64,000 nt of DNA. Origin: Auanema rhodensis (Eukaryota; Animalia; Nematoda). Below, one piece after another: positions 1 to 11,300 of the stretch (its first letter is position 1; every line of letters starts with the position of its first letter). Below the pieces are notes generated by a model. It saw only the letters and a program-made list of their open reading frames with translations, had not been told where the DNA came from and did not search any database. The position numbers were made by a program, and so were the translations under genes. Location of the stretch: positions 9,734,001 to 9,798,000 of the forward strand of contig OZ059894.1 in NCBI GenBank assembly GCA_964057225.1. Reading direction: 5' to 3'.

Positions 1-2190
1 TCTGGCTTTTCAGTTGACTGTGGTTGAGGTTCCTTTGATGGTTCAGCAGAATCCTTTGGTTGAGCTTCTTCAGTCTTCTGTGCAGGAGTCTCCTCTGGCT
101 TTTCAGTTGCCTGAGGTTGAGGTTCCTTTGAAGGTTCAGCAGAATCTTTTGGTTGAGGTTCTTCGGTCTTCTGTACAAGAATCTCTGCTGGCTTCTCAGT
201 TACCTGAGTTTCCTGTTCCTTTGATGGCTCAGCAGATTCCTTTGGTTGAGCTTCTTCAGTCTTCTGTGCAGGAGTCTCCTCTGGCTTTTCAGTTGACTGT
301 GGTTGAGGTTCCTTTGATGGTTCAGCAGAATCCTTTGGTTGAGCTTCTTCAGTCTTCAGTGCAAGAGTCACCTGTGGCTTTTCAGTTGCCTGAGGTTGAA
401 GTTCCTTTGATGGTTCAGCAGATTCCTTTGGTTGAGCTTCGTCAGTCTTCTGTGCAGGAGTCTCCTCTGGCTTTTCAGCTACCAGAGGTTGAAGTTCCTT
501 TGAAGGTTCAGCAGAATCTTTTGGTTGAGGTTCTTCGGTCTTCTGTACAAGAATCTCCGCTGGCTTCTCAGTTACCTGAGTTTCCTGTTCCTTTGATGGC
601 TCAGCAGATTCCTTTGGTTGAGCTTCGTCAGTCTTCTGTGCAGGAGTCTCCTCTGGCTTTTCAGTTGACTGTGGTTGAGGTTCCTTTGATGGTTCAGCAG
701 AATCCTTTGGTTGAGCTTCTTCAGTCTTCTGTGCAGGAGTCTCCTCTGGCTTTTCAGTTGCCTGAGGTTGAGGTTCCTTTGAAGGTTCAGCAGAATCTTT
801 TGGTTGAGGTTCTTTGGTCTTCTGTACAAGAATCTCTGCTGGCTTCTCAGTTACCTGAGTTTCCTGTTCCTTTGATGGCTCAGCAGATTCCTTTGGTTGA
901 GCTTCGTCAGTCTTCTGTGCAGGAGTCTCCTCTGGCTTTTCAGTTGACTGTGGTTGAGGTTCCTTTGATGGTTCAGCAGAATCCTTTGGTTGAGCTTCTT
1001 CAGTCTTCAGTGCAAGAGTCACCTGTGGCTTTTCAGTTGCCTGAGGTTGAAGTTCCTTTGATGGTTCAGCAGATTCCTTTGGTTGAGCTTCGTCAGTCTT
1101 CTGTGCAGGAGTCTCCTCTGGCTTTTCAGCTACCAGAGGTTGAAGTTCCTTTGAAGGTTCAGCAGAATCTTTTGGTTGAGGTTCTTCGGTCTTCTGTACA
1201 AGAATCTCCGCTGGCTTCTCAGTTACCTGAGTTTCCTGTTCCTTTGATGGCTCAGCAGATTCCTTTGGTTGAGCTTCGTCAGTCTTCTGTGCAGGAGTCT
1301 CCTCTGGCTTTTCAGTTGACTGTGGTTGAGGTTCCTTTGATGGTTCAGCAGAATCCTTTGGTTGAGCTTCTTCAGTCTTCTGTGCAGGAGTCTCCTCTGG
1401 CTTTTCAGTTGCCTGAGGTTGAGGTTCCTTTGAAGATTCAGCAGAATCTTTTGGTTGAGGTTCTTTGGTCTTCTGTACAAGAATCTCTGCTGGCTTCTCA
1501 GTTACCTGAGTTTCCTGTTCCTTTGATGGCTCAGCAGATTCCTTTGGTTGAGCTTCGTCAGTCTTCTGTGCAGGAGTCTCCTCTGGCTTTTCAGTTGACT
1601 GTGGTTGAGGTTCCTTTGATGGTTCAGCAGAATCCTTTGGTTGAGCTTCTTCAGTCTTCTGTGCAGGAGTCTCCTCTGGCTTTTCAGTTGCCTGAGGTTG
1701 AGGTTCCTTTGAAGGTTCAGCAGAATCTTTTGGTTGAGGTTCTTCGGTCTTCAGTGCAAGAGTCACCTGTGGCTTTTCAGTTGCCTGAGGTTGAGGTTCC
1801 TTTGATGGTTCAGCAGAATCCTTTGGTTGAGCTTCGGCAGTCTTCTGTGCAAGAGTCTCCGCTGGCTTCTCAGTTGACTGTGGTTGAGGTTCCTTTGATG
1901 GTTCAGCAGAATCCTTTGGTTGAGCTTCGTCAGTCTTCTGTGCAGGAGTCTCCGCTGGCTTTTCAGTTGCATGTGGTTGAGGTTCCTTTGATGGTTCAGC
2001 AGATTCCTTTGGTTGAGGTTCTTCGGTCTTCTGTACAAGAATCTCCGCTGGCTTCTCAGTTACCTGAGGTTGAGGTTCCTTCGATGGTTCAGCAGAATCC
2101 TTTGGTTGAGCTTCGTCAGTCTTCTGTGCAGGAGTCTCTTCTGGCTTTTCAGTTGCCTGAGGTTGAGGTTCCTTTGATGGTTCAGCAAAT
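1..2190. repeat. 93-bp coding tandem repeat (~23.5 units), consensus ETPAQKTEEAQPKDSAEPSKEPQPQSTEKPE, with 651-bp (7-unit) higher-order periodicity
   Basis: tctggcttttcag recurs every 93 nt. Identical ORFs 572..829 and 1223..1480 are offset by exactly 651 nt (7x93). Confidence 0.95.
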
Positions 2191-2394
2191 TCACTCTTTA
2201 CTTCTCCATTGTCCTGGACAGCAAACAAGTGCTGTTTCATTTTTGGTTGATTATCTGTTTTAATCACCGTCAGGTAACATGTCGTTTCACAAATGCCTAG
2301 TCCATTGTTTGCCTTACATGTAATTTGATATTTACCTTCTGCGAATGTTTGATTTAAAATTGCAACACCGTCTATGTATTCTGTAGTTGTTGCT
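1..2394 (-). CDS. ttn-1: ttn-1 exon: end of an Ig domain followed by PEVK-like 31-aa tandem repeats (open to window edge)
   Basis: Acceptor tttcag at 2400-2395. The frame reads ATTEYIDGVAIL...CKANNGLGICETTCYLTV...EFAEPSKEPQPQATEKPEETPAQKTDEAQPKDS... with no stop seen. It is missing from the ORF track because it has no stop inside the window. Confidence 0.9.
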
Positions 2395-5300
2395 CTGAAA
2401 TGATTTTATTTTCATTGAAACTGTTTTGAAGAAATTATCACCTTTGATCATCAATGTTCCAGATAACTTCTGGTTCTGGAGATGACATGATCAGTACTTT
2501 CATGCGAACTGGCCCTTCCTCAATTGTTATATCTTCGAGTCCTTTGATAATATAAGGTTTTTGTCTGAATAACCATTTTTTTTGCTTCATTTTATCCCAT
2601 TTCATACCTCGAATCACTGCGCTTCAGCATATGTATATCAGGTTTATCATCAATACGTAATGAGCATTTCGTGGTTTTTGTTCCATAGCTGTTTTGTGCT
2701 TCACATTCAACGATTGCATTTTCAGTTAAGTTGTTGATTGAGAGAATATGAACTCCATCTTCGTCAACAATTTCAAAATTGCTTAAATAAATAATTTTAT
2801 GAAAAATAAATGAAAAAAGTAAACAAACCTATCTTTAGGTGTTAATTTCTTTCCGTTGAAATACCATACAACTTTGATAATAGGTGATCCAGTCGCGATA
2901 CATTTCAACTTCAAATTGCCTCGAGCAACTTTTCCACTCTGAAACATTATGTTGTGATAATGAGAATTGCAAATTTTCGCTAGCTCTTACTTCAAGTTTC
3001 AAGGCAAAACAAGGTGCTTGGCCTGTCTCTGTAGCTAAGCTTCCTGATCTTGTGACGATACAAGAAGTTCTAGCTTCTCCATGCTCATTATCAGCTACAC
3101 ATTCGAACATAGTATCTCCTAATCGAACATTATATGCTTGTAAAATAGCAATACCATCCTCGTATATTATAGTTCGGAATCTGAAAGTATATTAGATTCG
3201 TCATCATAGAATTTCTCAAATACCTATTAGGTGTAACTTCTTGTCCATCCTCGTACCATAATATCTTAGCTGGTGGTGTTGCTATGACAACCGTTTTCAA
3301 TGCAATATCTGATGTTTCAATCAGATTATCTTCAAGTTGTTTCACAAAGAATGGAGATTGTCCATCATCTTCATTTTCTTCCCATCCATTAGGTACTTTC
3401 ATAACAACACAACTTGAAGCAGTACTTCCTTTGATGTTTGAGGCTTGACAAGAAATTACGGTAACACCAACAACATCAGAGATATCCAAAATGGAAACTC
3501 CGTCCTCATAGATAAATCTTCAAGCAATTCATATTAAAAAACGAAAAATGAATACAATTCTTACCCTTCGGTTATATCAACACCATCACGACTCCATAAT
3601 ACATCAGGTGTTGGTGTACCTGTTATAATACATTTCAATCGAGTTCTTTCTTCTTTAATTCGAATATCATTTAATGGAACGACAAAATGTGGTTTTTGAT
3701 TAATTCCACTTGATGTCGTTGATTGGCTTGACATTGATAGATCACATCGACGTAAAAGAGCTCGAGTAGTTGTTGATCCACGGCTATTCTTAGCTACACA
3801 AACAACTCTCAACTGATCAACATCGATGTTTTTCAATCTGAGTATAGCAATACCATCTTCATAAATCTCCTCAGAAGAGCTGAAATACATTAAGAAACGT
3901 TGAATACTAATCATCCTGTGAGTTCTTACCCTGATTCAGCTGGTTTGTCATTGATTGTCCAACTTACTGCTGGCATTGGCATTCCCATCACAATACATTT
4001 CAATGTTGTACTTTCTCCAGTATAGTAATCATCTTTCAAAGCAACAACGAAATGAGGTCTTTGTTCAGTTGGTGTTGATGATGTTGTTGGTACAGTCAAC
4101 AACGATGCATCAGCTTGATCTTGCGTCTCACTGACTACATCATCAGATGCAGGCGATTGAACATTGAAAGCGAATTGAGCTTCAGTTGTTCTAGGGCTCA
4201 TAATCAATACATCAATAGCTGTATCAGCTAGATCTCGATCACATATAACTTGTGCTCCAATTACTTGAACATCCAATACGTCTTCTTGAAATAAACAAAA
4301 GTAATAAGATTAAGAATTATAATACAAACAACCTTCAATAACAACTTTGCATGCTGTTGATGCAACTCCAAATCCATTAGCAATAGTACAAGTGAAAACG
4401 GCATTATCATCAAATACAGTTGAATCAATTGATAATATAGTTATTCCATCTTCACATATAATTGTATAATTTCTGAAAAAATCAATATTTTACTTGTATT
4501 TCTTATATTTGTTTTAATGAAAATTACCTATTCATATCAACTAATAGGCCATTTTTCTCCCATGTCACTGAAGGTAATGGCTGTCCAGTAAACGAGCATC
4601 TCAATTGAATATTTTCATTTGTCTAAAAATATTATTCATGTTGATTGTATCTAAGTTTAGTAATATCGTATATCTCAGACCTTGGCATATAATTGAGGAG
4701 GAAGATGCGTAATAAAGGTTGGTGGCTGTCCGAGAGCAGATGAAGTGCTTGATTCCGAACATATACTAACATCCATAGAAGCAAATGAGCTTCTTCTACT
4801 GCCACTTGTATTACCATCAACCTAAAACAAGATAAATTGTAAAATTAGTTTGATTTATTCATAAATTTACTCTTGCTTCAACATATTCGTAGTCTCCTCG
4901 ATTATTTGAACTTGTAACTGTTACTTCGACATCTACCTGTTGAGGAATTCCTTGAATATGTACCTCAGTTGGAGAAGAAGCTGAATATGTTTTTCATTCT
5001 CATAGCTAGTTTCAATCAAATAATACCAGGAACAACAGTAATATCACCAGATGTTTTACGAACACCAGCAGAGTTAGTTGCTTCACATGCTAGAGTGCCA
5101 TTCCATTTTTGGCTACATTCACGAATTTCCAAATAACACACTCCATCTTCATAAATAATCTCCACGACATTTCTTAAAAAATCACATTTTTTCACCAAAT
5201 AAATCGTTTTTTCCATAAACTATACTTTTCACTTTGAATAATGTTCTCATTATGATACCATATGACTTTAGGTAGTGGCACACCAGTTACAGAAACTTTG

Positions 5301-8300
5301 AATAATGCACGTTCGCCTTCTGTGATACTATATGATTTCTGGAGTGAAGTTACAAAATCTGGAGATGTGTATAAGCAACTACTAGATAATGAAGTTAAAG
5401 TATCATCTATAGTTGAAGCTTCTATAACGTAAAAATGAATTAAAGGATAGTTGTACATGTCACTTACCATCATCTTCATAAACTATTTGAGATACAATCA
5501 CTTCAGAATGCTCATGTTCAGTTTCACGATGAATATCAATTGTTATATTGATATCAGTTGTTAGGATATCTGTATTCTCACGATCGAATGTCAAGTATGT
5601 TGTTAGGCGACATCCACGAGCTTTTGGTATGACGATTTCCTTATTTTCACGAGAAACATCCTTTGTGAAACTTAAATCAACACAAATATTTTCGGATGTT
5701 TGTTTCTGAAGATCGACGCTATCTGTGTCATCTTCAATAATAGTTTGAGCGATGATAGTAGCATCAGTTGTGGTCGAAGCTTCAGTTTTCAAATCTTCGC
5801 TAAGAATTGGAGATGTCAGACAATCTTCGCGATGTTGAGCTTCAACAGGTGTTTCCTTCTCCGGGCTTTCTTCGATGCTTGACTTGGAATCATCAATTTC
5901 ATTCATTTGTCCAGATGAGCCAAAAAGTGATTTTTTGGCTTTCAGAATAGCTGATGTTTCCTCAATATTTGGAATATGAGCAGACACCGACTCGCTTTCA
6001 GCTGTAGATGTTTGCCAAGAAGTTGATTCGTTAATAGTCTCAGCCAGAAGTTTCTCGGTCATATCAATAGCAATAGCTTCAGCAGCTTTAAGAGCAAGTT
6101 CGTCTATTGCCATTTGATCAGGTTCAGATACAACTTCAAAGGTTGCAAAGCATTTATCGGAGTTATTATCAATCTGAATTAATTTTTTTTTTGCTTTTAT
6201 TCTTCTTCTGAATCTTTAAACCCTCTCTACTTACCTGAACATTCAATTCAGCTTCAGCTGTTTCTTCAACTACGATTGGATCATCATCTGCACTAAAAAC
6301 TTGTACAGTTGGAACTTCAAAGAGTTTCCGAGCTGGCTCGTGTTCCTTCAATGTTTAGTTTAACATCAGATTTTGATTATTTTTGATTATTTCTACCTCT
6401 GGGTCACTTTCTTCACATATTGCTGGAATACTTTCAAGTGTATTGATAGATATCCTATCAGCCATTTCCGTCTCAGCAACATCTTTAACGGATGGCATAG
6501 TTAAGGAAATATCAATTTCTGGTTCTTCAAAAATCATTTGACTGAACAGTTCACTGTCTGAAAACATTTCAAACAATTGCTCAGCCATTGCTCATCACTA
6601 TCTCGTTCTTACCAGACACTTTAACACGTGTAACTGCGGTATAGATTCCACCTACGACTACTCCATACTCGCCGGCATCACTAGTTTCGACGGGTACTAT
6701 ACTAAGAGCATGATGTCGTCCATCATCGGAATCTTCAAAGACATAGCGATTAGCTTCATCTTTGTTTTTCGTTCGAGGAATAGTTGTGTCGCGATCCTAT
6801 AAAGCGTTTTTCACTGTTTCATATGACCTTCCAGATATTTATTTTTCATTTTTGATCGAAGAGAAGCGGTTGTTCATCACCTGCTCTCTGCTCTTCCTGT
6901 TTTCAGACGCACTAAGCTGGTTGCCTACACTAGTTCTCTTACCTTTTTATCATATTTTATAATTTATTTTTATTTTTATTATAATTTTATTATATTTTAC
7001 CTTACGCCATTCGATAGACTTTTCATCGCTTACTGTTTCGCATTTAATAGTTGCAACAGCTCCAGCTGGTATACATGTTTCATCAATCTCTTCTCCACCT
7101 GAATCATTATTTATTTCGTTTTTTTCATTTTTAGTTTATGGCTTATGGCTTATTTTTAATTTTTTAATTTCTATATTTGTATATTGTGGATTCGACTCAA
7201 GCAACGACATATCAATTCAATCAGAAGTTCATTAATAATTTTCTTTTGTTGTTGTGTTTCGAAAAAAAAAATAAAAACAATCAAAATAACATGAGAGCAA
7301 AAAAAGAAACAAAGAGGAATGATAAGATATAATATATGAATTAATAACAATTTTTAAATTAAAAATATATAAATAATAATAAAAATAATAAATAGATCCG
7401 TAATAATAATAATAATAATATTATAAATTATATTTTAGTTAATTTCTGTTAGTTAAACTGAGAAAAAACTTAAAAAAATAAGGATAGGGAGAGCAAAAAG
7501 ATCATAATCTTCATAAAAAATTATAAATTTCATTTGCATAATGAGCTATTCGAGATTCGTTTCCGTTTCAAACCCTGATTTGATGTTGCCAAATCATTTA
7601 CTATCAGATGTGCAACTCGAAAAACGACATTAGAAATGGAAACAGAATAGATACCCGAATCAGAATTGCATGTATCATGTATAACAAGATAATGCTTTAA
7701 TCCGTTAACAACATGCTCAGATTTACCAAGATCATCAAAAGTTATTGGTTGGCCATCACGTAGCCAGATTAGTACACGTTTATAATCATTTTCTTCTAAT
7801 TCACAAGCTATTGTAGCTGTGCTTCCTGGCGGTACTAAGTATTCTTGAACATCATCCTCTTCGCTTTCCGTTCCAGAAGCCATGACAGTCAGTTCCTTTT
7901 CGTCAATTCGTTCTAAATCGTTTATCAGAGTTGTCACCGAGTAGAGAAAATAACAGAAACAACAAACAAACAAAGGACAAAATACTTGAAGCTCTGAGGT
8001 TCAAAAGCTTCGGTACTTGACATATCCAGGGAATGAATTCTCAAATTCATGCTCTGATCACATACACACATAACACAAATGATATGAAACATACCTTCAA
8101 CAACAAGAGTGATTGTGACATGTTGATCTCCTAAAACAGCATAGTATGTACCTTGATCTGCTAATGAAGTCTTTTCAATAAGTAATCGATTCCATCCATC
8201 TGACGTGCACAATATTCGTTTGCGTGTTCCTTGAAGTTTCAATGGCTTGCGATCCTTCAGCCACATGATAGCGTGACTGTCATATCCTTCAACAAGCTGT

Positions 8301-11300
8301 ATACCTAGTTCTGTTGGCTGACCATCCATTACGAACTGCGTTTGAGGTGGAGTCACAAAAATGGTCTGTACATCAGGATCCTCAACAACAAGATAGGCTA
8401 CAGGAAATATGTCATTGTTGACTTTCAAACTGTATAAATCATTATCATCAATCTCAACTACATTGATAATCAAGACTTCGAGTAAATCATGGCTTATTCG
8501 ATCGAATTTTCCTGGAACTCTTTCTAATGGCTGTTTTCCCTTGTACCAATCAATAATGCTATTAGGTGGAAGATAATTATTCAATTCACATGTTATAGTG
8601 GCTGTTGATCCAAGTTTGATTACATAACTTGGTATGTTAATGCTTCCAGAACTTAATGTATTTTCAATTTCTGAAATTGAATTTTGTGACTCCTTGAATG
8701 AGGCTTGTGATCGTAGTGACTTTTTCTCATCTGCTGTGGCTTCTGATACAGTTACATTGAAGTGAAGTGAGTTATCACAGCTTCTACTCATTTCACACTC
8801 ACGAACTGTCATGTTTGCTTCTCCCCATGGAATTTCTTCAAGAGAAGCATAGATTCCATCATGTAAGCTACGAGCAATTATAGAAACTGAGATGCCAGTC
8901 TTGTTATCTCCTCGTTCGTATTCATCGAATGAACTAGTTTCTGTGAATTCTTCTCTTTCCATAGGAATAGGTTCTAACGCTTCTGAATATTCCATATTCT
9001 CTAAGTTTGCCATTACTGTCAGTGATGTGAAATCTATTTGATCTTCAATAACCTTGATGGTTAAGCCCATTAACTCAGGTTCTTGAGTGATTTCGATGTC
9101 AAATGTGTCATCAGCAGCAACGTGAGCAGCAATACGTTGTCTGACATCTTGAGATAATGTGGCTATAAGACCACGTCTAGCTGGGATTCTAGAAAATTCG
9201 AAATCTTGTTCTATGTCGTCACGAGGCTGTTCAATCTCTGTGACTACTGAGTCGTCGCTGAGAATATCTGTTTCGCGCATCGTGTTAGCAGAGCTAAATG
9301 GTCGTTCCAGCTCATCTGTTTTAAGTGATGATCCCATCTGACTCAACTGAGTTTCATCGACAATATAATGAATAGTCTCTTCAGATTCTGGATCAGGATT
9401 TGAATCAGCTTCGCTTTTCTGTTTTAAAGTTTCTGTGCTTCGTTCCATAATAGTGGATAACGTAGTACTATTTTCACGTTTGATGGGCGTTGGGGGTAAT
9501 CTGTCTTCAGATCTTGAATCTAGATCAGATTCTTGAAGTACATAGTCATTGATAGGAAATTGAGCTGAAGTTGTATTGTTATCTTCAACCTCTTCATCAA
9601 TATCAACAGACTGAAGCTCAATATTAACATCGATATTCTCAACAGGTTGTTCTTCTATAACATTTTCCTTTACTGGTTTGAGAGAATGCTGACTGTTTAA
9701 GCTGAGATTTGAATGTAATTTAGCAGATTCATTCGGATTAGTATAGCGATTGAAGAATTGGATTGTTCCTTTTAGCATGCATGATGTATCCGTATCCGTA
9801 GCATAGTCGGATTCTTCACACAACATTTGAACGGAGCTTGTATCATCTGCTGGTACATAGCAATCTACGTTCATGTGATGACACATAGGCATTTCAGATT
9901 CAATTGACATGTCCATGGTCACAGCTCCTCCGTATGTCATAGATATCATTGAGAAATCCAGGTTAGTTGTTTCTTCAAAACAACGTTGTGGTTTTGGTGG
10001 ACTACTCTGCTTACTACTGTAAGCTTCTGAATGTTCTGTCATTTGGCAGATCATTGGCTCAACTGTTTCACACGAATTTCCAGTTGATTCATTCCTGTTG
10101 TTAACAATAATCATTGAACAATCAATGTTCGTGGTCGGTACTTCTTCAGGTGGTTCACCACTCAGAGAGCGCAGTTGCTCAAGTAATTCCGCTTCTGTTT
10201 GATCATTGTCTTCGCTGACGTACTCAGAATACGATGGAGTTGCGTCACGGTCTAAAATTGGAGTCTCAAACTGAGACAGATCTTTCATTTCAGGAATAGG
10301 TATCTGTGAAATTGTCTCTTCTGCTCGGTTAGCTTCTTCGGATTTCTTCATAAAAACATTATGACTGATGGTTTCTTCATGAACAGGTACTTCAGATCCT
10401 GAGACAACCTCTAAGATAACTCCTTGTTCAGAATCTGTAGGATAATCTGATTCTTGAACACTGGGAACTACAGGAGAAACATGAACAGCTGGAGAAATAG
10501 GAGCTAAGCTCGATGTCGTTGGTGATGTAATTTTAGGTTGTAGCTTAAGTTCTTCTGAAGCTACGTTTTGCTGAGCATTTCTTTCGCTTTCAAGTTTCTT
10601 CAATTTTTTCTTTTCAGCCTTAGCTTCAACATACTGTTGCAATATATTTTTTGTTTTCTCAGCCTTTTGCTGAATATCTGTGTCAGATATTAGTGGCTCT
10701 CTTTCAGCCGTTGTTTTACTTCTACTTCGTCTTCGTAATGGATTCGGGAAATTAAAGTTTCGAATCTTATCCAAAGCATTCTCAGTGAATTGTTTGAAAG
10801 CTTTAGAAGTTGATGTTCTCTGAGTAGAAGAATAGGATTCTAAATCACGAGACATACTCTGGCTATCCAACGACGTATGACGTTGGGATATTGGTCTCGG
10901 TGCGGAGGACTCCGTTTTGAGGTGCATGGTAGGATCATGAGAAGTATCACGGTGCCTTCTCGGAGGCGCAACAGGTTGTGCAATTCTCGATTGATGATAG
11001 TTAGGTAATGTAGAAGATCGGGAAGTATTTCTAGAGATACGTTCTGTGTCAATTGAAGCTTCAGATATCTGCTTAGCCTTCTGAAGAGCTTTAGATTCAA
11101 CTGGTTCTCGAGCATACGATGAACTAGTTGTCTCAATATATGGATCGTTTGACTTGTCACGTTTCTTTCTTGGAGGAGCAACTGGTGTTTGTATTTTTTC
11201 TTCTTCAATCACCCCAACAGAAGGAGAGCTCATCTTGGATTTTGTCATTCCAGCATCACTGAAGGATGTTCTTAACTCAGTTGAATATCTCCATGTATCA

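Noticed and set aside
1-2190. Possible CRISPR-like or non-coding satellite array
   Set aside because: There are no unique spacers, the DNA is eukaryotic, and the unit length is a multiple of 3 in frame with titin.
14-2263. 749-aa + strand ORF (VEVPLMVQQNPLVELLQSSVQESPLAFQL repeats)
   Set aside because: It is the antisense shadow of the titin repeat exon. A stop-free 93-bp unit stays open when tandemly repeated, and the minus-strand frame continues an Ig domain after a proper acceptor.
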